Below, piece after piece: positions 12,641 through 23,171 of a stretch of DNA of 64,000 nt. The position numbers and the translations under genes were made by a program. The stretch comes from Octopus vulgaris. Taxonomy: Eukaryota. The stretch is from the NCBI GenBank assembly GCA_951406725.2, contig OX597832.1:2852001-2916000 (forward strand). The letters are read 5' to 3'. Below the pieces are notes generated by a model that saw only the letters and a program-made list of their open reading frames with translations, made no database searches and was not told the origin of the DNA. The number at the start of each line of letters is the position of its first letter. Position 1 is the stretch's first letter.

Positions 12641-13404
12641 ATGTAGTGAATAAAGCTGGAGGTGTGGTTGATGGTAAATATGGGTTTGTGGGGAAGGTTA
12701 TAAGAAATAAAAGTGGCTCAGGAAGAAGGAAGTGATGATTGACAGGAAAGAAAGAGTGGAGAGCAGTAGAATAATAAAACTGTGGATTGATGAGAAATAG
12801 GGAGATGATGTGTGTGCATGTACATACATGCAGGTACACCTATACATACCATGAGAGTGGTGAATATATTTTGTTACACAACTACTTTTAAAATACAATA
12901 ATCTATGTTAATATCCTATAAGGATTAGAGTTTGTTTTAATCTTTATGCATCACAGTTAATGAATTTACCTTTTTAACTATTAATGAGTAACAGTTTATT
13001 TATTTTCTCTTCACTGTTCTGTTGAGTTGGTAATATGAGTCTCCTATTCCAAACATGTAGATTTTAAGCACATTTGTATGGACGAAAGATAGTTGTATTC
13101 AAAAGCTCGTCATCCACCTTCAACATTTTCATTCTTCAGTCATTTGTACTTCATGATCAAGGATATCATTATCATTCTTCGTAAACACCCGCCAATGCTC
13201 CTTGTTAGTAGATATTTCCAAAACGTTTAAATAAATATTACTCTTCATTTAGTGAACTGAGTAGCCAGAAGTAAATTTATTACCCCTCTTTAAAGACACT
13301 AGGAAGATGCAGTCCTGTAAAATTCAACCCTAAAAAAATTAGTTTTACAGAATATAAATATTGACTCTCTATTCATTCTTTTATACTTCATTATATCAGA
13401 TCTT

Positions 13405-14349
13405 GGTTAATGTTTACAACTTGACCCGGAAACGAAAATCAGGAAAAAATAGTGCAATGGGTGTAAAAAAAAATGTATAGGAAACGAATATAAAAAAAAA
13501 TGCTTGTAAAGCAACGGGAGGGTGGGGAGAGGACCTCAGAAAATTCACAAGATCCTAGTTTTTTCCTCATAACTTTTAGGAAAATGGGTTTTTTTTTCAA
13601 TGAAATTTTATATAAATACCTTATGCATACATTACGATTATAAAGTAATTTGTGGGGAAAATCTTTTCCAAGTGGGCAGGAAGAGGACTTCAAAAAATTC
13701 ACAAAATCCGAGTTTTTCCTTTGTAACTTTTAGGAAGATGTTTTTTTTTTTCAATGAAATTTATATAACTACCTTTCAAACGACATACATTACAATTATA
13801 AAGTAATTTGTGGGGAAAATCTTTTCCGAAGATGTGGGGAGAGGACTTCGGAAAATGCACAAGATCCAAGTTTTTCCTTTGTAACTTTTAGGAAAATGGG
13901 TTTTTTTTTCAATGAAATTTTATATAAATACCTTTCAAACTGCATACATTACGATTATAAAGTAATTTGTGGGGAAATTCTAACATGTCTGTACATATAC
14001 ATATATTTTATATATAAAATTTCAACAAAAAAAAAACCACATTTTCCTAACAGTTACAAGGGAAAAACTCGAATCTTGTGAATTTTCCGAAGTCCTCTCC
14101 CCACCCCCTTGGAAAAGAGTTTCTCTTCAAATTTCTTTATAATCATAATGTATGCTGCTTGAAAGATATATATATAAAATTTCATTGAGAAACCCCCATT
14201 TTCCTAAAAGTTATGAGGGAAAAACTTGGATCTTGTGAATTTTCCGAAGTGCTCTCCCCATATATTCGTTTCCTACACATTTTTTTTTACACGCATTGTA
14301 CTATTTTTTTTCTGATTTTCGTTTCCGGGTCAAGTTGTAAACATTAACC
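13405..14349. mobile_element. Foldback-like MITE (GGTTAATG termini) with internal ~155-bp repeats
   Basis: perfect 36-bp outer TIR GGTTAATGTTTACAACTTGACCCGGAAACGAAAATC, imperfect to ~90 bp; 3 direct units (~13541, 13695, 13853) and ~2 inverted units. Confidence 0.9.
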
Positions 14350-14550
14350 CCGATCTCTTCTGTTTGGCTGCCAGTATCAATTCTGTTTAAATTGATTTCA
14401 TATTCAGTGTAACGATATGCTTTTATAGGTTAATAGTCTTTTATCTGCGAGGAAGCACGTGTATTTGTGTGATTATGGCAGCTAGCTCCAGTAACTTCGC
14501 TTCTACAATGGAAAGATTGAAAACAGAGGATACTGTGTCGTGGGTTTTCG

Positions 14551-14795
14551 GGTCAAACTAAAGTGTTTGACTCAAGCAAAAAAAAAATAGTACAATAGGT
14601 GTACATGGAGTAAACGAATATGAAAAAACAATGCGTGCTGGCGAACGGGGGAGGGGACTCGGAAAATTCAGACCTTGACCTTTAAACTCCAGTGTTTGAC
14701 CCGAGTTGCATTTTTTTTCATATTCGTTTACTACATGTTGTACACCTATTGCACTATTTTTTTTTTCTGCTCGGGTCAAATACTTTAGTTTGACC
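14551..14795. mobile_element. MITE with GGTCAAACTAAAGT termini
   Basis: ~85-bp imperfect TIRs; shares AAAAAATAGT(G/A)CAAT(G/A)GGTGTA and AACGAATAT motifs with the 13405 element; no TSD seen. Confidence 0.88.
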
Positions 14796-14822
14796 TAGGA
14801 ATGTGTCGCATGACCAGACAGG

Positions 14823-15618
14823 GGATCTTTTCCTTTTGAACGGCAGATGTAAACACAATTTCTAGTTAACTAAACACTTTTAAACTTCGTATACTGGTAG
14901 AATGTGTATAAAACATCATTTTTTCTTGGCTTTATTGAGAAAATTCTATATGTTGTAACATATTTCCACTTTAAAATCGAGTATTTCGGCAATTTTAACC
15001 AATCAAATACGCCCATTTGGAGTCAAACCATACCGTGCTGTATGAATATGTCCCTCGTTTAAGAAACAGATTGGGTTTATTTACATTTGCGAAGAAAAAA
15101 AGATACCCTTCCTCCACCCCTAATCCTAAAATAGATTGAAATGCAATAGATCGATACTAGGGTCATAATTATGGGTGACAATTTCATACGACACCGCTAT
15201 GGAAAATGGGATTTTTTTCTAGCGGTGTCAAATGAAAATGTCACCCATAATTATAACCCAGTATCGATCTATTGCATTTCAATCTATTTTAGGGTTAGGT
15301 TTAGTTAGAGTTAGGGTTAGGGGTGGGGAAAGGGTATCTTTTTTTCTTCGCAAATGCAAATAAACCCAATCTGTTTCTTAAACGAGGACATATTCATACA
15401 GCACGGAATGTTTTGACTCCAAATGGATGTATTTGATTGGTTAAAATTGCCGAAATGCTCGGATTTTCAGACGAAATATCTTACAAACTATAGAATTTTT
15501 TCAATAAAGCCAAGAAAATATGATGTTTTATAAACACATTCTACCAGTATACGAAGTTTAAAAGTGTTTAGTTAACTGGAAATTGTGTTGACATCTGCCG
15601 TTCAAAAGGAAAAGATCC
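14823..15618. mobile_element. Near-fully palindromic Merlin-type MITE (796 bp)
   Basis: termini GGATCTTTTCCTTTTGAACGGCAGATGT / ACATCTGCCGTTCAAAAGGAAAAGATCC; 8-bp TSD CAGACAGG (14815-14822, 15619-15626); arms ~390 bp. Confidence 0.95.
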
Positions 15619-15626
15619 CAGACAGG

Positions 15627-16000
15627 TTTCTCTATATGCAGTGCCATGTTGGAATCGTGACACACTGGAAGAATGCATACATTACTCGATTCTTCCAGGA
15701 ACCACAATTTTCAACGGTTTGTGGAGAGTGTACTCACATTCCTGAAATTGATGGCTACAATTTTGGGCATAGAACGGTGAACCACAGCATTGGGTTTGTT
15801 AACCTGAAAGATGGTACCCACACTCAACAAGTGGAGAGTACGTGGGCCTCTGTGAAGCGAGGTTATAAACAACACTGTGGCACTCACCATTCTATGATAG
15901 ATTCATGTCTCTGTGAATTTATGTGGCACAGGACGTATGAAAATTGTGATTTGTTTGAAAAATTAGTTGAATGCATTTCTAACTTTCGTTTTCAACCTAA
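15627..16000 (+). pseudogene. Merlin/ISXO2 DDE transposase C-terminal remnant
   Basis: HRTVNHSIGFV..KDGTHTQQVESTWASVKR and DSCLCEFMWHR match ISXO2 H..VNHS..FV....GAHTQ.IE..W and YL.EF.WR; removing the MITE restores GMCRMTRQVSLYAVPCWNRDTLEECI. Confidence 0.9.
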
Positions 16001-16864
16001 AAAATATTTTGTAATGTGTTGCTTATTGCATGCTTAAATGTTTGTTTTTTAAGCATATTTTGTTCACTCTTAATTTCATATATAACATATAAACATGTAC
16101 ATCTTTTGAAACATTGTCATTTTATAAGATTTTACTGGCAAATTTTAAAATTAACATAAACATTGAATGCCTAAACATTTATTTGCATGAAAGAAAATCA
16201 CCGAGGAACTTTCATCTAATTCTTCAAAATTTTTCTGTTAAAAATTGTAATGTGTTTATCGCATGTAGTGTGTTGTTCATCTCATTTGCATTAAATGCAT
16301 ATTGAATGCTTAAATGTTTGTTTTTAAAATTGTAATGGGTTTATCGCATGTAACGTGTTGTCCATCGCATTTGCATTAAATGTATATTGAATGCTTAAAA
16401 GTTTGTTTCTTTTTGTCATTGAGCATTGAGGTGGTTGTGAAGTGTGCTAAAAATAACAGCTAAATAAGATTTATTTACTTCAAAGAAAATTACCGGGGGC
16501 AGAACACGTGTTGTTTACAAATACTGACCACAAAATGTGCAGTCACGCACAAAATGACAGCTTCCAAATCCTGTTTCCTGACTGGGTGAAAATGATCAAA
16601 CTTTAAACCTCTTTAACTTTTTAAAAACGTTTTTCTGGAAAAAATGAAATAACTCCAGTAATTCATTTCGGGCAAGTGTATTATTTTGCCTAATTTTAAA
16701 ATTTTCGGTAAACTTTAATTTTTGAAATGCTGGCAGCAAAACCGAAAAGATCCATTATATCATAGGATATTTACTGTTTGTTTTTTCTCACTGCTGTTCG
16801 TGAAATGGACTGCAATGTTTTTACTCTGGAGAGTCTATTCTTTACTCAATAAAATTCTTTTTCA

Positions 16865-17070
16865 TTCTTTCTTAATCCTTTTTGCCCCTTGTGGCACATA
16901 GGGCCTCAACAGTTGTTTTCCACTTTTTGCGGTCATTGGCGTGTTTCTTGGCTGCTTCCCATGTCAGGCCGGTGGTCCTGAGCTCGTCCAAAATGCTCCG
17001 CTTCCATGTCTGCTTCGGATGTCCTCGCTTCCTTTTCCCCTGCGGGTTCCAGTCAAGTGCTTTTAGAGTG
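16865..17070 (-). mobile_element. RTE LINE 3' fragment
   Basis: minus strand WNPQGKRKRGHPKQTWKRSI...W...V.ALCATRG. Confidence 0.8.
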
Positions 17071-17564
17071 GTATTTTATTGAGTGCTTATTGAATGTGAC
17101 ACGCACGACAAGCACTCAATCAAAATTCCACTCTCAAAAATTGACTATTTTAATGTTGCTTCATTGAATACAGAATTTTATCATTATCTCGATCAGGCTT
17201 TAGTGTGGTTCATAAAAACGTTATGATTTTGTAAATAGTATTAAATAAGTGACTGAGTAAAAACTTTTCAAGAATAATAGAGAAGGTACTTAATATACAT
17301 ACACACACATGTATGTTCTCTTCTGTTTTTAATTATTTAAATCCTCTCCTCTGATGAAGGAGTAAGTTTCTAACAAAGATAAAAAAAACTTCATCGCTGG
17401 ATTGTAAATAAAAACAATGTCACATTTTAAATTTGAGAAAAGTCTTGCATATTTTTACTGTTCCACTCCCAGATTGTATTTGTAATGTACAAATCACCTT
17501 CTATTGTTATATTTGAGGGTGGTCATATTTTTTGCCAATTAACCACACGTACTATACAACTTTA

Positions 17565-17699
17565 GGAGCATTTCCTTTTGAACGGCACTTTGTAACATAA
17601 TTTCTAGGTAACTAAAAAGTTTTAAACTTCAAATACTGGTAGAATGTGTTTATAAAACATCATTTTCTCTTGGCTTTATTGAGAAAATTCTATAGGTTG
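17565..17699. mobile_element. One arm of the palindromic Merlin-type MITE family, truncated at a Gypsy LTR
   Basis: similar to 14823-14950 (TTTCCTTTTGAACGGCA...TTGGCTTTATTGAGAAAATTCTATA). Confidence 0.8.
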
Positions 17700-18780
17700 T
17701 GTAGTGTGACGGATGAAGAGGACAACAGAAAAAGAGAAGGAAATACAACGGGCCTTACCTCAGCGAAGATCAGATCTCTCTCAGCAAAGTCAATGCGTCT
17801 AGTCGCTTCGTCGTCTCAGCTCGTACTGCCCCTTCGTTGATCGCCACACGTGCGTGCTCCTTGACCGCTTCCCCTGCGCATGCGCCCTCCAGTCTTGCAC
17901 CGGGTCCCTGCAAGCCCTACTTCCGCCCTCCCTTATCTGTCGTCCACTCCACCGACACCACACACACCCCCTGATCTACAGATCACTGAACCGGCTTTCT
18001 CACTCGCTCCCCGCTCCCGAACTCACACCTTAACTAGTTTCATAATCAGCCAACCAGGGAGGAGGGTGCCGTTCCCTCTGTGGTCGCAGTGCGACCCTAG
18101 GACTGGTTTCTGGCATGTTGCCGCTGGCCTCATCATCCTGTCTACTAGTGTTGTTTTCATCTTGCCCGCTGCTGCTGGTCCCATCCTCTGAGGCATGGAC
18201 AATCCTCCGTATATCCAAAACGTGGCGTGGAATACCATCGACCGAGATGTTATTCTTTGAATTTACAGGTGATGTACACCGTGCGTTTGGAGGTTTTACC
18301 CAAACTTCTTCCCCAACCTGCACGAAGGCGTGCTCTTCCTCTGCCCCGGGTCGCATTGACGCAGTACACGGATGCCTCCACTCGTACCTAAATATTGCCC
18401 TGTGTAGCACCGACTCCTCAGCCTGTCCTGATCTGGGCGACATATTGTACCAAAATACAGCCTCGATTGGTGAAATGTGACCCCTATCTGCCATGGCCTT
18501 GATGGTATGATGATGCCTTTCCACCACCTCATTTCCACTTGGCCGGTATGCCGCCCTGAAGAAGCGGTTGACCTTCCACCCATCAAGCATTTCTTTCAGC
18601 ACATCCGAGCGAAATGCAGTGCCATTATCCAGAAGCAGTTCATCCATGGGGCCTCGTTCCAGGAATATCTCATTCAATACTTTCACAATTTCTTCTGCAG
18701 TCCCCGTCTTCATCTCCCTCCATATGGTCAACCGCCCCGGTCCACAGTCAACCATTGAGAGGTATGTCCCCTGCCGGTAG
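17700..18780 (-). mobile_element. Gypsy 3' portion: integrase, polypurine tract and 3' LTR (~17700-17965)
   Basis: ORF 18030-18755 with rve motifs ELLLDNGTAF and RPSGNEVVERHHHTIK; PPT AGATCAGGGGG followed by LTR TGTGGTG...CACTACA. Confidence 0.9.
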
Positions 18781-19036
18781 TCTGTGTGGTTATTTGAAAA
18801 AATTAAACACGACTATCCCCAAATATAATAATGTTTCAACACAATTTCACATCAGGAATGTTGCAAAACAAAATACATAAACGTAATAACTTGTATTCTT
18901 TTTCTGAAAACCCTAGCTTATCCAGATTGTCATTTTGACATGTGAGGTAGTAGTATTCCAACGAAATTTGCTGTTACTGTTCTGCCATGATTCAATGATT
19001 TTTTAATAATTATCGTTTATTATTATTATTATTATT

Positions 19037-19592
19037 GAGTGAGCGAGCAGAGCATGCCATCAAAGTGACACTGGGGTAAAATATACGAAGCCCAGTATAC
19101 CCATCATGACTACCCGTCTGATAAGGGTACACCAGGCACATGCATCACAACCATATGTGCGCGACATGGCGATCTCATATCAAGATAAACAGCACATGAC
19201 CTTGCAGGTGGAGCCCAGTTAGAATTTTCTTCAGTTCGAGTAACCCATCCCGCTCAAAAGGTCCCTGAATAAGGGTTGTTTAAGGACGTTGAACGAAATA
19301 CCCATGTTTCCAGAGGTGAATTATTCAAACCCCAAAGAATCCCTCTCAACACATGGCTATGATGCTCCCCCACTACTTCTGCTCGTGATCAGAGATGCAC
19401 ATATCGTCAGCCAGTAAGGGACATGCTCAACTTGTTAAGGTCAAACAACTGACAAGCAAATCTGTGGTATTGAGCAGAATATTTGCTGTAGCCCATCTTT
19501 TATACCAAGACAAAACAATGTACATGATAACACTTCCAATCAGTTAAGATCAGAAGCCATGAGAGCCACTGCCTGGTACTGCATCAGGGCAT
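19037..19592 (-). mobile_element. Interspersed non-coding repeat (probable retroposon) embedded in (TTA)n
   Basis: GC-richer ~550-bp block bounded on both sides by (TTA)n; no ORF; family not identified. Confidence 0.5.
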
Positions 19593-19677
19593 TTATTATT
19601 ATTATTATTATTATTCAAAATACCAAGTAACATAAAGTGTTAATACAACAGTAGTTATGAAAACTTATATTCAATTC

Positions 19678-20215
19678 GGTTAATATCTAGATCCGCACCC
19701 GGTGGTAAAAATGAGATCCGCACCCGGTGGGAAAAATGGAAACGAAAATGTGTAACAGTTGTAAGGCATCGTATATTGACGGAATAAGACGGGAAAAAAG
19801 CGCGCTGACAAACGGGGGGGGGGGGGGCTCGGGAAATTCCCAGGATCAACCGTAGAGGCAAAAATGGAAAAAAATATGTGTAACAGGTGTTTAAACGCAT
19901 TTCACACACATAGCCCAATGTCATAATTCAAAACTAACGCAGCGAAAATTTTGAAAAGTTCCCCCAGCTCTGAAAAAAATCGATAAATTCGACATGGGGT
20001 CGCGAATCAGAAACACAATGGTGAAAATTGATGGTAAATTTTTCTTTAAATCGTAGGCAATTTTCCGGGCCCGCCCCCCGTTTGTCAGCGCGCTTTTTTT
20101 TCGTCATATTCCTTCAATATACGATGCCTTACAACTGTTACACATTTTCGTTTCCATTTTTCCCACCGGGTGCGGATCTCATTTTTCCCACCGGGTGCGG
20201 ATCTAGATATTAACC
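19678..20215. mobile_element. Merlin-type MITE (538 bp)
   Basis: GGTTAATATCTAGATCCGCACCCGGTGG termini with a tandem 24-bp subrepeat, TIR over 100 bp; 8-bp TSD TTCAATTC at 19670-19677 and 20216-20223. Confidence 0.93.
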
Positions 20216-21425
20216 TTCAATTCTTTTACTGTTCTGAGATATTAAAAATCTAAATTCTTTTAATGAGAATTTAAAATTCAAAACTGTATTCTTGAAGTCG
20301 TAAAAAAGTTGTTTTTTTTTATAAATATATTTCCAGTAACAAAATGAGAAAACTGGATAAGTCGTTACCTTCGGAATTACAAGTTTAAAAAAAAAACTGA
20401 GGGAGCATTGAAAAAACAAAAGTAATTAATTACCGATTGAAAAAAAATTAATACGGTGCAGGAAAAAAGTGAGGAAAAGTGAGAAACAGATTCATTAAGT
20501 AAATGAAATAGGGGAGGTAACTCCGAAATCTCAATTTAAATTGGATTACATGAGGTAATTTGGAGAACGAGGCTGGAAGGGTTAAAGTCAGGCACTTTCA
20601 TCTCTGGCGCTGACTTGGTGAATTACTTCACCTTTCACCTTAAAAGGAAAATAGGGCTAGAGAGAAAATGCCTGACTGTGAAAATGTTTGAAAATCGATG
20701 GAAGAATGTAGCATGGATGTTGCGTGTAGATGGAACTTCATGAATGCGACACAGGATGTAACTCGTGTATCAGTGGCGAACGGGGCTCCTGGGATGCGAA
20801 TTAGCCCCCCCCCCCCTCCATCCGTAATGTCTTCCTACCATTCGATTTTATTATATTTTCTTATTTTTGTAAAATTTTTAATGTCATTTTTTTGTATAAC
20901 CATTCGCTCATCTGTCCCCAAAATCAGATTATATTGTCCCCCTCTTCGTTGGCTCCTTGTGGGTAATAAAAAATCAAAATTTAAACTGTAATTACATATG
21001 AAGAGGAAATTATCAGCTGTAGTCTGACCTTTATGAGTATATACAAATTTTGATTCTCTTATTAGTTTGATAAGTAAAGAAAAGACTATGGTTTACCGAG
21101 TTCATCTAATAAGACTGAAATATGACTAAAGACGGCACCATGCTTGCCAAAGAAAAGCTTACACAGTGATTCAAAATTTTAAACGCCCAACTCTGCCTCA
21201 ACTTAATCTAAAATGGATTGTATCCCCTATAATATTTCACCCCCCCAGGGATACAACACTTGTTGGTTTTAAATTTTTTAACAAGGCCAGTAAGTTCGAG
21301 GAAAGGGTTAAGTCGATTACATCGATCCCAGTGCTTAACTAGTACTTATTTGATCGATCTCGAAAGCATGAAAGGCAAAGTCGACTATGGCGGTATTTAC
21401 ACATGTTTAATAAGAGCAATTCATT

Positions 21426-21630
21426 AAAGCGGCAAGCTAGCAGAACCGTTTGCACGGTAGGCAAAATACTTAGCGTTATTTTGTGCGTCTTCACATTTTG
21501 AGTTCAAATTCTGACGAGATCGACTTTGTCTTTCATTCTTTCGGAGCCGATAAAATAGGTACCATTTGAACCCTGGAATCTAAGTAATCGACTCGAAATT
21601 GCTGGTCTTGGTGCCAATATTTGAAACCAA
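21426..21630 (+). mobile_element. SINE family A (CpG-retaining copy); partial inverted copy at ~21268-21398
   Basis: same motifs as the 3995 copy but ~11 CpGs retained. Confidence 0.8.
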
Positions 21631-23171
21631 GTTTTTAGCACCTTATGGGAATAATTCTAATCAATTGAGTTGCTTCCCCTTAATCAAACTTCGCATTCAG
21701 CCGCAAAGGCTAAATGAATTAATTAAACAAATTTTGCTCACTGCATTAGGTACGTAGACGTTCAGTGTTAACTATGGCATTATATATCCATGAGCAAAAA
21801 TATTTTAAACCAGTTTTACTATTTGGGCTGATATTAATTCTCTCTCAATCTCTGTGAAAGTTTTTTATTTTAATTTTTATATTCTCTATTTATCGACGAT
21901 CATTCGAAAGTGTTTCTCATTTAATGAAAACGGCTAAAACCTTCGTGTATACTCAGTTGGGTGTTGACTTCATTATTTAGTACATGGTTTTATATGTGTG
22001 TGTTTATATCATGGTTCCTTTATTATTATTTTTTTCATTACATTCAATGTGTTTTTATGTGATGAATTTTAAAGGTATTCTTTTTGCACATATCCATACA
22101 GCATGGAGATATTTTCTCCAAAGAGTAATGGTACAGATAATGGGCTTCATTTTCTTTGCAGGAAAATTTCTAAAAGAATTATTCCTAAGCTGGCCATCTG
22201 GTCTTTCATCTTATACATGATATGTTTATTGAGGGAACTCATGATTGCCAATGTCAACATATCAAAGGTGAGGGTTAGCTTCTCAGCAATTCCTTGTTTT
22301 TCCAGAAGTCACATAAAAGTATAACTATTTTTAAAGCAAATGTTGTTTTCGTTTCACAAGAAACATGTTTGGTGATTAACATTTTTCTAGCAACACCTCA
22401 GTATTAATCTTCTTGCTTTGTGAATTCTAAGTGGTTTAAACATAAAATTCAATTCAGTAAATATAACACAAGGCATTTGTAACATAGTGATTTCTTTTGA
22501 GACAAAATGAACATTGTGTGGTGAGGAATTCACTTTGCAGTTCCTGGTATGATCCTGTTATGTGACAAGTGTCTTCTACTGTAACATTGATCAATACCCT
22601 GTGAGAGGAATTTGGTGGTGGTGGCTTGCTATATGTGTGTGTGTGCGCATGCACATATGCAGTCTGCATATATCTTTTGATAGTGTAGACATAAACATTG
22701 TTGGAAGACTAATAACTCAATGCTTTCAAATAAAAGTATTTATTGGTATTTGTTCCCAAACAGTGCTTGTCTGGGTTATATAAACACCTCATCACTCCCA
22801 ATATCAGAAATACATTGAGCCAGTATGTGGCCCATTGGAAACCTGTATCAACAACATTGTTGCTTACAAAATACAATACAGAGTTTCTGTATTTATAAGT
22901 GAGAAGAAATGGAAATATAATATCCATGCTTTTTTCTAAAGCATTAACCACATAATCTGAGTGAAATGGTTTCAAATAAAACTATGTTATGTCCTCTTAC
23001 TATTTGCTGGTTTATAAATTGGTTCTTTGTTTATGTGTTTTTGAAAATAGGCAGACTCAGAACATAATACCAGAAGAAATGCTGCTAAGCATTTTGTTTG
23101 ATGTACTAACAATTCTGCCATAATAACGATTCATTCTAATTTTGGTATAAGGCCAGAAATTGTAGGAGGAA

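Larger units (their letters stand above)
13398..16753 (+). mobile_element. Merlin (IS1595/ISXO2-like) DNA transposon with three nested MITEs
   Basis: TIRs GATCTCTTCTGTTTGGCTGCCAG (14352) / CTGGCAGCAAAACCGAAAAGATCC (ends 16753); TSD ATTATATC at 13390-13397 and 16754-16761; ISXO2-type transposase remnant inside. Confidence 0.88.

Noticed and set aside
13541-14250. Regularly spaced repeats as a CRISPR-like array
   Set aside because: Whole ~155-bp units repeat with no unique spacers, lie inside TIRs, and the context is eukaryotic with no cas genes.
15585-16037. IS1595/ISXO2-like ORF as bacterial IS, contamination or horizontal transfer
   Set aside because: Merlin is the eukaryotic member of this family; it sits in a spliceosomal intron, and the ORF's N-terminus is an artefact of the inserted MITE.
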